64,000 bases of DNA from contig JAOZFH010000018.1 in the NCBI GenBank assembly GCA_027491415.1, positions 1 through 64,000 on the forward strand. Reading direction: 5' to 3'. Origin of the DNA: Thermoproteota archaeon (GTDB lineage Archaea; Korarchaeota; Korarchaeia; Korarchaeales; Korarchaeaceae). Positions within the stretch are counted from its first letter, which is position 1; every line of letters begins with the position of its first letter. Made by a program: the position numbers and the translations under genes. This document shows, one piece after another, positions 1 to 9,367 of this stretch. Under the pieces are notes generated by a model. That model did no database searches, was not told the origin of the DNA, and saw only the letters and a program-made list of their open reading frames with translations.

Positions 1-257
1 ATGATGAACTCGCCCGTTATGGCCTCGGCGACCTGCTTAGCCCCGGCCGAGAGCCCGTAGGTTCCCGGGAGGTCGACTATCTTCAGCTGGATGCCGTGGT
101 GCTCGACGTACCCCTGGTTCACCCGCACCGTGACCCCGGGCCAGTTGGCCACGTGAGCGGTCTCCCCGGTCAGAGTGTTGAAGAGGGTGCTCTTCCCCAC
201 GTTGGGGTTGGCCACGAGCGCCACTACGATCTCCTCGCCTTGGCTCGATCTCCTCAA
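1..257 (-). CDS. feoB: Ferrous iron transporter FeoB, N-terminal GTPase domain (runs off the window start)
   Basis: Manual minus-strand translation from TTG at 257: IVVALVANPNVGKSTLFNTLTG..HVANWPGVTV..IVDLPGTYGL (G1, G2 and G3 motifs of FeoB); lies downstream of feoA. Confidence 0.93.
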   Translation of the reverse strand, partial: MRRSSQGEEIVVALVANPNVGKSTLFNTLTGETAHVANWPGVTVRVNQGYVEHHGIQLKIVDLPGTYGLSAGAKQVAEAITGEFI

Positions 258-273
258 GGCGACCCCCCGCCTC

Positions 274-594
274 TCACGCGAGCTGAACGAAGACCTTCGA
301 GGCAATCCCTCGGCCGAGGGACAGGGTGACCCCTCGGACGGAGACGAGGAGGGGGCCCGCGGAGTTGGATAGAACGGTTATCTCGCTTCCGGGCAGGAGC
401 CCCATCTCCATCAGCCGCCTGGTCAGCCCCCTGCCAGCCCTGATTTCTATGACGACGGCCCGAGCCCCAGGCGGTAGGTTGGACAGTGGTATCAACGGCT
501 GCCCCGACAATCGCTCCACCTCGTTGCCGATGGTTTCGGCGGGATACTCGACGGCCCTGAGATAACCCTTGCCCTCCCCTCTCCCCCTCCTCAT
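274..594 (-). CDS. feoA: FeoA family protein
   Basis: LSNLPPG..RRLMEMGLLPGSEITV..GPLLVSVRG..LSLGRGIASKV is a FeoA SH3-like pattern; adjacent to feoB. Confidence 0.92.
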   Translation of the reverse strand: MRRGRGEGKGYLRAVEYPAETIGNEVERLSGQPLIPLSNLPPGARAVVIEIRAGRGLTRRLMEMGLLPGSEITVLSNSAGPLLVSVRGVTLSLGRGIASKVFVQLA

Positions 595-605
595 GGATAA
601 CCCTG

Positions 606-638
606 TTAGGTTGACCTAAATTATATTTAGGTTTTTCT
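606..638 (-). promoter_or_regulatory. feoAB promoter (BRE/TATA) overlapped by DtxR-like operator palindromes
   Basis: Minus strand reads GAAAAACC-TAAATATAA about 27 nt before ATG 594; TTAGG-ttga-CCTAA (606-619) and ACCTAAAT-tat-ATTTAGGT (614-632). Confidence 0.75.
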
Positions 639-1114
639 CAAAGGTCCTCACCCGACCCGCCCCTGCTGCACTCCTCTGGGCATTCTCCCGTCTCGACGAA
701 ATGCTGAAAGTGTCGAAGGAAATTCGGTTGATCCCTTGGGCACTTAGAGATGAATTCTAGGAAGAGTAGGACCCTCTCAAGCGTCTCTCTGTGGATTCCG
801 TGCTCAAGATAGCAGGCGTCCCTCTCGGCTACGTCCTCACTTATCCCCAGCACCTCGACGAAGAATCTTTTGAGGATCTCGTGCCGCTTCGCTATCTCCC
901 GAGCCATCTCAAGGCCCGAGTTGGTCAGCGAAATCTCTCCCCTCTTTCTGTAGGCCACGAGACCCTTGTCTGCGAGTCTCTCCAGGGCGTCCACCACGCT
1001 CGACGGCTTGACTCCCAGTTCCCTGGCCAGGTCCCTAACCCGAATGGCCCCCTTTCTCCACAGGAGAAAGAGCATCGCCTCCAGGTACTCCTGATCCCTG
1101 ACCGTGAGGTCCAT
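638..1114 (-). CDS. DtxR/MntR family metal-dependent repressor
   Basis: QEYLEAM..IRVRDLARELGVKPSSV HTH, RHEILKRFF, ERDACYLEHGI metal-site motifs. Confidence 0.92.
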   Translation of the reverse strand: MDLTVRDQEYLEAMLFLLWRKGAIRVRDLARELGVKPSSVVDALERLADKGLVAYRKRGEISLTNSGLEMAREIAKRHEILKRFFVEVLGISEDVAERDACYLEHGIHRETLERVLLFLEFISKCPRDQPNFLRHFQHFVETGECPEECSRGGSGEDL

Positions 1115-1227
1115 CCGACTCGAAATTCCCCCAAGGGGGAGCTGGATAAGGATTTCTCCTCCCGCGAGGAAGCCGAGGTTCAGGCTTGGAGTCTTTAAAT
1201 TGGTCGAGAATTAGAGATGCAGGCTGA

Positions 1228-1896
1228 GTGAGGGAAATGGATGCTCCGGACCCTACCCTCTTTGCTGCGAGGGCCACCGCCTACTCAGTTCTGTCCCTCG
1301 CACTTCAGTACCCAGAGGGAGAGGTGGAGGACCTCCTCTTCGGTGGCTGGGCCGAGAAGGCGCTCAGCGGATGCCTGCCAGAACTGGAGGAGCTGGGTTA
1401 CGACTCTGTTGAGGAATTTGAAAAGCTGTTGGCGGCACTCAACGCGGACACAGACGTATCTGATCTCCGGAAGGAGTACACCAGGCTTTTCATCTCCGCC
1501 CATCCCCAGCTACCCTGCCCCCCGTACGAGTCGGTCTACGTGTCGAAGGAGAGGGAGGTTCTGTCAGATGAGGTCTCTGAGATTCTCGCGATCCTGAGGG
1601 GCTGGGGTCTCGGCGTGTCGGACGACTTCAGGGATCTCCCAGAGCACGTGGCAGTTGAGCTGGAGCTTGCGGCCTACCTTCTGGAGCAGGTGAAGCTTGG
1701 AATTCAGGAGGGGGATCCTGAAGAGGCTGAGAAGGCTGAGGGGGATCTCCGTAGGTTGGTGGAACACCTGAGAAGGTGGGTGCCAGCCTTCTCGGAGTGC
1801 GTCAGGCGCGAGTCAAAGGTTGGGTTCTACCGAGAGGTCGTCACGGCCCTCTCGGCGTACGTCGAGGATGAGGCGGGGATCTTGGGACTGCCGTGA
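1228..1896 (+). CDS. TorD/DmsD family molybdoenzyme maturation chaperone
   Basis: EYTRLF, PPYESVY, LPEHVAVELE, EHLRRWVPAF; convergent with the molybdoenzyme operon. Confidence 0.9.
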   Translation: MREMDAPDPTLFAARATAYSVLSLALQYPEGEVEDLLFGGWAEKALSGCLPELEELGYDSVEEFEKLLAALNADTDVSDLRKEYTRLFISAHPQLPCPPYESVYVSKEREVLSDEVSEILAILRGWGLGVSDDFRDLPEHVAVELELAAYLLEQVKLGIQEGDPEEAEKAEGDLRRLVEHLRRWVPAFSECVRRESKVGFYREVVTALSAYVEDEAGILGLP

Positions 1897-1993
1897 TCTC
1901 TTTCGCACCAAAACTGAATGGACCTGGCAAGTCTGCGGGGGAAGCCCGGTTCGAGCCGAATATGCAAAAAGTGAGGGAGGGGGAGACCCCCGC

Positions 1994-2935
1994 TCACGGG
2001 GCGAACTGGGTCATGACCCCAGCCTCGAGGATCGTCCTCCTGAGCAGGAGCCCACCGATTATTATCAAGATGGCGCCTCCAAGGGGCAGTATGCAGCTCT
2101 TCACGACGCTCTGATCCCTTCCGGCGATCAGGTCCGCCTTCCTCACGTGGTACAGCATCGACAGCAGCGCCGCGCCGAGGAGGACAAAGTCCAGGTAGGC
2201 CAGGAAGGACCTCCTCAGTTCGCCGAAGAGCATCATGCTGACAGCAGAGGACGACTCGGCGGGGCCGAACATGTTGACGTAGTAGTACAGGGCGAGGATG
2301 AACATCTCCGCCCCCACGACTATGGCGGCCCACTTGGAGAGCGTGGTGCAGTATCCGACGAACCTCATCCTCTCCTCTACGGGCCTCCTAAGTCCCTGGA
2401 GGGCGTTGATTATGCCCATGGACGCTATCCCGGTCGCCAGCCCGCTGGCGACGAATAGGGCCGGAAGTGCGGGGGAGTGCCAGAAGGGCACCGCTTTGAG
2501 GACGCCGAGCAGGATTCCCGTGTAGGTTGTGACCAGCAGCCCGAACGCGGAGGCGATCAGCCCGAGCGCGTCCATGGCCTTCTCGCTCTTGGCCCAGGGC
2601 ACCCACTGGAACCAGGGGAGCAGGCCGGCCGCGTAGAGCGCGCCGAACAGGATGAACCCGCTCAGTATCATGGTCCCCCTGAAGACCCACGAGGACGTCT
2701 GGAACTTGATCACGGCCAGGTAGAACTTCTCCGGCTTCTCCAGGTCCAGGATCAGGAACAGCGCACCTAGGACGACCATGATCAGCGACGCTAGCGCCCC
2801 CGGCGCCGCCAGAGACTTCTCTCTCTTGGAGGCGTAGAAGTAGTGGGCCACGATCATGGTGGCTCCGCCCATACCGCCCAAGAACAGGTAGAGGGCGATC
2901 AGCCAGCCCCAAACGTGCTGAACTACCGGCTCCAT
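1994..2935 (-). CDS. nrfD: NrfD/PsrC family membrane anchor (quinone-interacting subunit)
   Basis: WGWLIALYLFLGGMGG, LILDLEKPEKF, SSWVFRG, YTGILL..PFW; about 8 TM; ATG 2935 follows a GAGGTGG SD. Confidence 0.92.
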   Translation of the reverse strand: MEPVVQHVWGWLIALYLFLGGMGGATMIVAHYFYASKREKSLAAPGALASLIMVVLGALFLILDLEKPEKFYLAVIKFQTSSWVFRGTMILSGFILFGALYAAGLLPWFQWVPWAKSEKAMDALGLIASAFGLLVTTYTGILLGVLKAVPFWHSPALPALFVASGLATGIASMGIINALQGLRRPVEERMRFVGYCTTLSKWAAIVVGAEMFILALYYYVNMFGPAESSSAVSMMLFGELRRSFLAYLDFVLLGAALLSMLYHVRKADLIAGRDQSVVKSCILPLGGAILIIIGGLLLRRTILEAGVMTQFAP

Positions 2936-2946
2936 CGACCACCACC

Positions 2947-3510
2947 TCACATGGACTTAACCTTCGGGACGTAGAGCACCTTCGGGTTTGTCCCGAGGTC
3001 GGGCCTCAGCGGCTTGGCGAGCCCGCTCGCGGCGAGCCTGCCTGCCTCACTGTTGGGGTCGTCGAGGTCGCCGAAGATCCTCACCCTGCCGGGGCAGGTG
3101 GCGTCGCAGGCTGGCACGTCTCCCTTGAGGACCCTGTTGGTGTAGCAGAAGGTGCACTTGTCCACCGAGCGCATCCTCTCGTCCACGTACCTGGCATCGT
3201 AGGGACAGGCGACGACGCAGTACTTGCACCCAATGCAGATCTCGTGGTCTACTAGAACCACGCCATCCACCGTGACGTGGCTGGCACCGGTGGGGCAGAC
3301 GGACACGCAGGGCGGGTTCTCGCAGTGCATGCAGAGCCTCGGCATGTAGACGACGGTGATGTTGGGGTAGCTGCCGAAGGTGAACCTGGGCACGTGGGTC
3401 CTGCGCTTGCCCTCCTCCCACGGGGTCTCGTTCTCCATGTCGCACGCGGCTATACAGGCCCCGCAGCCTATGCAGCTGCGGAGGTCTATAATCATCCCGT
3501 ACCTCGTCAT
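2947..3510 (-). CDS. Four-cluster [4Fe-4S] electron transfer subunit (PsrB/NrfC type)
   Basis: CIGCGACIAAC, CMHCENPPCVSVCP, CIGCKYCVVACP, KCTFC..PACDATCP. Confidence 0.95.
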   Translation of the reverse strand: MTRYGMIIDLRSCIGCGACIAACDMENETPWEEGKRRTHVPRFTFGSYPNITVVYMPRLCMHCENPPCVSVCPTGASHVTVDGVVLVDHEICIGCKYCVVACPYDARYVDERMRSVDKCTFCYTNRVLKGDVPACDATCPGRVRIFGDLDDPNSEAGRLAASGLAKPLRPDLGTNPKVLYVPKVKSM

Positions 3511-3520
3511 GCTCACCACC

Positions 3521-6040
3521 TCACGCCTTCTCCACCCTAACAAGTACCTCCTGAGTCATCGCGTTGGGCAGCAGCGTGAACAGGTCCTCGTGCATCGGCC
3601 AGAGCTTGTTCAAGGCAACTCCACCGATCCCCTTGGCGACCTTCAGCTCCTCGCTCTCGGCGCCCCACGCGGACACGGTGAACACGGTGTCCGGCCTCAC
3701 GCCGTCGGTGACGAAGGCCTTGGCGACGACGGACTGGCCGGTGGCCAGGCTGGTCAGCTTCACCATGTCGCCATCCCTGATGCCGAGCTCGGCGGCCCTG
3801 GCAGCGTTGATCCATACGCCGAAGTGCTCGGGCCTCCCTATGCTGGCGAGCAGGTCGTTGTCGGCGGTGTGGGTGTGGCTCGCGATCGGGCTTCTCCCGT
3901 AGGTGAGGTAGAACACGTTGCCGCCGACCCCGTCCATGACCCTGGGCGGGATCCAGGTCGGTATTGGGTCCCAGTGCTCGCTGTAGCCCTTCTTGGCCAT
4001 GATCCCAGCCATCTTAAGGCTGTAGATCTCAACCTTGCCGCTCGGCGTGCCCAAGGGCTTCTTGTACGGCATCGTGCCGATGAGCTGGTCTCTCGTCTTG
4101 AGCACGATGGCGCCCTTCGCCACGATCTCGTCATAGCTAACCCCCTTCGCCTCCACCTGCACCCTCCTTATGCCAGCGATCCCCTCGGACTCATACGCGG
4201 ACTTGAGGGCCGCCCCGTCGACGCCCAGCATGGCCCCAAGGTTCTGGAAGTAGGCATCCTTCTTGCCCAGCCTGTCCGCCAGCTGCACGAGGATGTCGAT
4301 CATCGGCCTGCAGTCGTAGATCGGGTCGATGGCCCTGACGCTGGTCGCCACGGCTGCGTCCGGCGAGAACCCGACGCCGAACATGGGGTCGTCCCTCTCG
4401 GGGTACGTGGTGTCCGGTAGGATGATGTCCGCGTAGGAGACCGTGTCGTTGGGCATGACATCGATGGCTATGACGTCCTCGAGCTTCTTGAACGCCTCCT
4501 TCCACTTCCTGTCGTCGGGCAGGGTTCTGATCCAGTTGCCACCGGTCAGCACGGCGGCCTTTATGGGGTACGGGTCGCCGCTGACTATGGCGTCGTAGTA
4601 GGCCAGGATCATAGGCTGGGCCGTGGAGACTATGATCCCCTTCTTCTTCATCCACTGGACGTCTGCCCTAGCATCCGGCAGGGCAGAGGACTTCAGGCTC
4701 CTGCCCGCAGCGTTGAATATCAGGCCTCCCGGCCTGTCGATGTTGCCCACGAGGGCGTTGAGAATTGCCACCATCCTCCAAGTCTGCACCGAGTTCTGGT
4801 ACTTCGGGTCGTGCCAGCCTGGGTCTATCACGGCGGGTTTTATCGTCCCGAACTCTCTGGCCACCCGCACAATGGTCTCCGCGGGCACGTCGCAGATCTG
4901 CGAGGCCCACTCGGGCGTGTACTGCTGAAGCCTCTCGACAAGCGCCTGGAAGGCCGTCTTCACCCTCACCGTCTCTCCATCGATCTCAACGTCGAACTCA
5001 CCAGCGAGGGCGGGTCGAAGGGCCTCGTCGTGAGCTTTTGCCTCGCCGGTCGCCTCGTCGTATACGAGGTACTTCTTCTTGCCGGTGTCGGGGTCGTCCC
5101 AAGTCTTGGCCGGGGCGTTGCTGTCTGCCCTGAGGAGCATAGGGGCGTTGGTGTGCCTCCTCAAGAACTCCTCGTCGTAGAGCCCTTCGCTGACGATAAC
5201 GTGGCCCATTGCGAGGAGGAAGGCTAGGTCGGTCCCCGGCTTGATTGGAACCCACAGGTCAGCCAGAGCCGCGCTCTCGCTCATCCTAGGATCGAGCACC
5301 ACGATCTTGGCGCCCCGCTTCTTGGCCCTGGCGAACTGCCAGGCGTAGGGGACGCCGATGCTGCCCGCGAGGTTCCTCCTGAGCAGGATGATGTAGTTGG
5401 CGTACTCGTGGTCGGCCCTGATGTGCGGGTGCCCTCCTGCCCCTATCGTGACCGTCCAGGCGAATGCCTTCGGGAAGAAGCAGAGCGGCGGCGGGCTTCC
5501 AACGAAGTTGGGCGTTCCTATGGCCTTTGCGAATGCCACGACGTATGGCTTATAGACGCCGCAGGGGAGCCAGCCCCCTCCGACCATGATCGACTTGGCC
5601 TCCCCGGCGTCGATGTACTTCTTCAGCACGGCCGCGGCCTCGTCGAGGGCCGTGTCCCAGTCGGTCGCCTCGAAGCCCTGCCACGTTCCCCTGAGGGACT
5701 TGTCCCGTCTAATCAGAGGCCTTTTGAGCCTGTCTGGGTTGTAGACCCTCCTGACACCGGCCTGGCCTCTTGCGCACAGGTTACCAGCGTTGGCGGGGTT
5801 GTTGGGGTTGGGGTCGATCTTGCGCAGCCTTCCGTCCTTCACGCGGAAGAATGTGCCGCAGCTGTTGACGCACATCCTGCAGAGCCCCGGAACGGTGTAC
5901 TCCCGCGGCTCGAGCGCCTTTGCCTCCACCTTCTTTAGGATCCTTATCACCACATCTTCCGGCCCTGAGAGCGTGGCCAGCGCGCCCGTGACGGCCGCAA
6001 CCTTCAGGAAGTCCCTCCTTGCGATCTTCACTGAGGCCAT
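3521..6040 (-). CDS. Tat-exported bis-MGD molybdopterin oxidoreductase catalytic subunit (Psr/Phs/Sre-like)
   Basis: Tat signal IARRDFLK; FS0 motif CRMCVNSC..LCARG; PGTDLAFLLA, ADIILP, TPSGKVEIYS; likely Cys ligand in PPLCFFPK. Substrate not determinable. Confidence 0.92.
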   Translation of the reverse strand: MASVKIARRDFLKVAAVTGALATLSGPEDVVIRILKKVEAKALEPREYTVPGLCRMCVNSCGTFFRVKDGRLRKIDPNPNNPANAGNLCARGQAGVRRVYNPDRLKRPLIRRDKSLRGTWQGFEATDWDTALDEAAAVLKKYIDAGEAKSIMVGGGWLPCGVYKPYVVAFAKAIGTPNFVGSPPPLCFFPKAFAWTVTIGAGGHPHIRADHEYANYIILLRRNLAGSIGVPYAWQFARAKKRGAKIVVLDPRMSESAALADLWVPIKPGTDLAFLLAMGHVIVSEGLYDEEFLRRHTNAPMLLRADSNAPAKTWDDPDTGKKKYLVYDEATGEAKAHDEALRPALAGEFDVEIDGETVRVKTAFQALVERLQQYTPEWASQICDVPAETIVRVAREFGTIKPAVIDPGWHDPKYQNSVQTWRMVAILNALVGNIDRPGGLIFNAAGRSLKSSALPDARADVQWMKKKGIIVSTAQPMILAYYDAIVSGDPYPIKAAVLTGGNWIRTLPDDRKWKEAFKKLEDVIAIDVMPNDTVSYADIILPDTTYPERDDPMFGVGFSPDAAVATSVRAIDPIYDCRPMIDILVQLADRLGKKDAYFQNLGAMLGVDGAALKSAYESEGIAGIRRVQVEAKGVSYDEIVAKGAIVLKTRDQLIGTMPYKKPLGTPSGKVEIYSLKMAGIMAKKGYSEHWDPIPTWIPPRVMDGVGGNVFYLTYGRSPIASHTHTADNDLLASIGRPEHFGVWINAARAAELGIRDGDMVKLTSLATGQSVVAKAFVTDGVRPDTVFTVSAWGAESEELKVAKGIGGVALNKLWPMHEDLFTLLPNAMTQEVLVRVEKA

Positions 6041-6073
6041 GGCCACACCTGAAAGATCGGGCCTATAGCCATT

Positions 6074-6132
6074 GATATAAACTTGAAGGCTATTACAGAT
6101 GTTAAATATAACATGCGTTGTGTTTTACAACG
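6074..6132. promoter_or_regulatory. TATA box of the molybdoenzyme operon plus two upstream palindromes
   Basis: Minus-strand TTTATATC at 6074-6081; ATGTTA-aata-TAACAT at 6099-6114; CGTTGT-gtttt-ACAACG at 6116-6132. Confidence 0.6.
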
Positions 6133-6202
6133 ATATTCCCGTAGTAGAATAACCGCGCGTCCGACCGCGGGCTTTTTCAACACCCGGCCCAGGAGAGGAC
6201 GG

Positions 6203-7699
6203 ATGAGCGGAAAATCTCCGAAATTGGTCGTGGTAACGCCGACGGAAGAGTGGATCGAGGAGATATCCGCTGAGATCTCCGAGCCAGTCCGCGCAAGCGC
6301 GGCAGACCTCTTCGAGCGCCCGGAGTACTACCTCTCGGGGCCGACCGTCCTGATCCTGAATCCGCTCGGAGAGCCGGACGTCACGGAGTTCAGGAGGATC
6401 CTCTCTGGCTCTGAAATAAACCCGCTGACGCTCATACCAGTCTCCTTGTCGCACTTGGTGGGGCCGGGGCGGGAGGCCGCGGCGGCGGCCGTGCTGAGGT
6501 ACGCCCTGAAGTGGTCTGAGGAGGCTCCAAGGCTCACTCGGGGAATCGAGAGGACTCTTAGGACACCACCGAGGAGGATCTCCAGGAGGGAGCTACTCAG
6601 CCTCCCCCGGCGCGCCTGGAGTTACCCGGAGTCGCCGAAGCTCGTCGGCGCCTGCTCGGGTACGCTGGCCGGTAGCTGCAGGCGCTGCGAGGAGGTATGC
6701 CCGGCAGGCTCCGTAACAATCGGAGATGGGGGTCCCGCGATCTCGGAGTTCTCCTGCAAGGACTGCGGACTCTGCGCGTCGGTGTGCCCGACGGGGGCCC
6801 TTCAGGTTCCAACGTTCTCCGACTGGCAGGCCTCTCACCTGGACCTCCTCTCACCCCCCCAGAGGGCCCTCCCCTGGGTTGTCCTCTTCACGTGCGACGC
6901 CGGCGTGTCTGAGCTTGCCAGGGTGAAGATTCACTCGGCCCACGTGCTGCCAGTGAGGGTGCCGTGCGCCGCCTCGGCGGGGTGGACTTCCATTCTCAGG
7001 GCCGCCGAGTCCGGCTTGGACGGGGTGGCCCTATACTGCCCGAGGCTGGACTGCGACAGGAGGGACGCGTTCGTCAAGATCGTCGGGGAGGCCTCGAAGC
7101 TCGTTCCGCTGATGAACCAGGCGGGCGTAGCCCTTCAGTTCCTCGAGGGTGGACCCCAGGTCATCGCCAAGGCTGCGGAGGAGGTCGAGGTCGGGGGCGC
7201 GGGGGCCTCGCCCACCCCCCTCACCATCCAGAGGAGGAGGGACCTGCTGTCAATGGCGGCCAACCTGTGCTCGCAGCCGGTGAAAATCGAGGGTCTGCTC
7301 TTCGCGGTTGAGGTCGACCAGGGGTGCACCCTCTGTGGTGTGTGCGCGGAGAAGTGTCCGATGGGTGCCCTGCACCTGGTGAAGGGCGGGGAGCTCACGA
7401 GCTTGACCTTCAGGCCAGACCTGTGCGTGGGCTGCGGGTACTGCCTCGAAGTGTGTCCGGAGTCGGCGATGAAGATCCACCCCGCGGAGCTAGATCCCCG
7501 TGAAGATCTATCCGAGCCCAGAGTTCTCCGTTCAGACGAGCTGGCCAGGTGCGTCGAGTGCGGGGAGCCGATAGGACCCCAGAGCCTGGTCATGGCCGTC
7601 TACAGGAGGCTCAAGGCGCAGGGGATGGACAAGGCCGCGGAGACCGCCCTGCTCTGCCAGCAGTGCAGGGCGAAGAAGATGCTAGAGGGGCTCTCATGA
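6203..7699 (+). CDS. Polyferredoxin with a central MvhD/FlpD-like domain
   Basis: Several CxxCxxCxxxCP motifs; VLFTCD..VRVPCA..DGVALYCPRLDC; C-terminal CVECG..CQQC. Confidence 0.8.
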   Translation: MSGKSPKLVVVTPTEEWIEEISAEISEPVRASAADLFERPEYYLSGPTVLILNPLGEPDVTEFRRILSGSEINPLTLIPVSLSHLVGPGREAAAAAVLRYALKWSEEAPRLTRGIERTLRTPPRRISRRELLSLPRRAWSYPESPKLVGACSGTLAGSCRRCEEVCPAGSVTIGDGGPAISEFSCKDCGLCASVCPTGALQVPTFSDWQASHLDLLSPPQRALPWVVLFTCDAGVSELARVKIHSAHVLPVRVPCAASAGWTSILRAAESGLDGVALYCPRLDCDRRDAFVKIVGEASKLVPLMNQAGVALQFLEGGPQVIAKAAEEVEVGGAGASPTPLTIQRRRDLLSMAANLCSQPVKIEGLLFAVEVDQGCTLCGVCAEKCPMGALHLVKGGELTSLTFRPDLCVGCGYCLEVCPESAMKIHPAELDPREDLSEPRVLRSDELARCVECGEPIGPQSLVMAVYRRLKAQGMDKAAETALLCQQCRAKKMLEGLS

Positions 7700-7711
7700 G
7701 GTGGAGTTGCC

Positions 7712-8365
7712 TTGCTACGGGACCGGGTTTCAGGGGTGATCTTGGCCGGAGGAGAGTCCAAGAGATTGAACGGCCTGTACAAGCCTCTCCTCGAGGTTGG
7801 CGGGAGGCCCATGATCCTGTACTCCCTGGAGGCGCTTCGGCCAGCCTCAGACGAGGTCCTGATCGTCGTCAGGGGGAGGGAGAAGGCTGAAAGCCTGACT
7901 GAGGTCGTCGGGTCCACCGCCAGGATAGTCGTGGAGCCGGATTCAGCCCCCAGGGCGCCGCTGATCGGCCTGATGGAGGGGGCACGATCCGCCGAGGGCT
8001 GCACCGTCCTGGTGGCCCCGGCCGACACGCCCTTCGTCACTCAGAGGGTCTATGAGGTTCTGGAAGCCGAGTTGGCCGGCGGCGACGCGGACGCCGCGGT
8101 CCCGGCGTGGCCCAACGGCTACATCGAACCCCTCGTCGCCGCCTACCGGAGGCAGGAATTCCTCCGAGCTGCCGAGGAGGTCGTATCGCGCGGAGAGCTG
8201 AGGATCTCGTCGGCCCTCTCCCTCCTGAGGGTCAAGCTCGTTCCGGTGGGCGCGCTGTCTGAGAGACCGGAGGTAACCTTCCTCAACGTTAACACGCTTG
8301 AAGACCTCCTCCTAGCCCTCAGAATAGTGAAAAACTTGGGAGGGGCCCGAGAAGTCCCTGGATGA
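7712..8365 (+). CDS. mobA: Molybdenum cofactor guanylyltransferase
   Basis: ILAGGESKR, APLIGL, DTPFV, EPLVAAY, FLNVNTLEDL. Confidence 0.92.
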   Translation: MLRDRVSGVILAGGESKRLNGLYKPLLEVGGRPMILYSLEALRPASDEVLIVVRGREKAESLTEVVGSTARIVVEPDSAPRAPLIGLMEGARSAEGCTVLVAPADTPFVTQRVYEVLEAELAGGDADAAVPAWPNGYIEPLVAAYRRQEFLRAAEEVVSRGELRISSALSLLRVKLVPVGALSERPEVTFLNVNTLEDLLLALRIVKNLGGAREVPG

Positions 8366-8380
8366 GGGGCTGGTGGTGCC

Positions 8381-9262
8381 TCACCCAGACCCTCCTTCCC
8401 CTCCCTTCTCCAGGATCTCCACGAGCTTCTTGGCCAGTTCCTCGAAGGCCCTCGTCGTTTCGGACTCGGGGGCGCACAGGGGAACTGGCCTACCCTCATC
8501 CAGACACCGAGCCACGTTTGGATCGAGCGGGAGCCTTCCAAGTAATCTGATGCCCTCCTCCTCGGCGATCTTCTCCCCCGCCCCGCTGCCGAATATTTCC
8601 GTGATCTCCCCGCAGTGCGGACACCTGAAGTAGCTCATGTTCTCTATCACGCCAAGTAGGGGGACGTTCAGCTGCTTGCAGAATTCCGCGGACTTCTCCA
8701 CGGCCACCTGAGAGACGACGCTGGGTATCGTCACCACCAAGGCCCCGGTGACGTCGGGTATGTTCTGGGCGATGTTGAGCGCCTCGTCGCCGGTGCCCGG
8801 CGGCAGGTCGAACAGCAGGAAGTCCAGCTGACCCCAGATGACGTTGCTCATCAGCTCTTGGAGGGCCTTGTTCTTGAGGGGACCCCTCCATATCACCGGA
8901 GTCTTCTCGTCGGGCAGGAGGAACGCCAGCGAGATCACCTTGACGCCGGCCGCCCCCGTGACGGGGAATATCCCCATGGGGAATGCCTGCAGCTGAGCCC
9001 CCAGGACACCCAGCATCCTCGCCATGGCTGGCCCGTGGAAGTCGTAGTCGAACACGCCGACGGAGTAGCCCATCTTGGCCAGCGTCGCCGCAAGGTTGGC
9101 CGTGACGGTGGACTTGCCCACGCCGCCCTTCCCGCTCAGCACGATTATCCTGTACTTGACCCCGCTGAGCCTCTCCCTTATCTGCTGATTCACCCCTACC
9201 TGAGCCGGGGGAGTCAGCGCCGGCGGGGGTGGAGCGGGCTTGCCTCCTTGACCTGCGGCCAC
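8381..9262 (-). CDS. Mrp/NBP35 Fe-S carrier ATPase
   Basis: SGKGGVGKST, VIWRGP, DLPPGTGD, ENMSYFRCPHC; GTG 9262 follows a GAGGTGA SD. Confidence 0.95.
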   Translation of the reverse strand: MAAGQGGKPAPPPPALTPPAQVGVNQQIRERLSGVKYRIIVLSGKGGVGKSTVTANLAATLAKMGYSVGVFDYDFHGPAMARMLGVLGAQLQAFPMGIFPVTGAAGVKVISLAFLLPDEKTPVIWRGPLKNKALQELMSNVIWGQLDFLLFDLPPGTGDEALNIAQNIPDVTGALVVTIPSVVSQVAVEKSAEFCKQLNVPLLGVIENMSYFRCPHCGEITEIFGSGAGEKIAEEEGIRLLGRLPLDPNVARCLDEGRPVPLCAPESETTRAFEELAKKLVEILEKGGEGGSG

Positions 9263-9367
9263 CGTAAACTCACCTCGCGACGCCTCGTACAACGACGTTA
9301 AAATGACTTCGATTCGAGAGGGCCACGCCGGCACATCCTTAATTAGGGCCGGCGTGCGGAAGGAACG

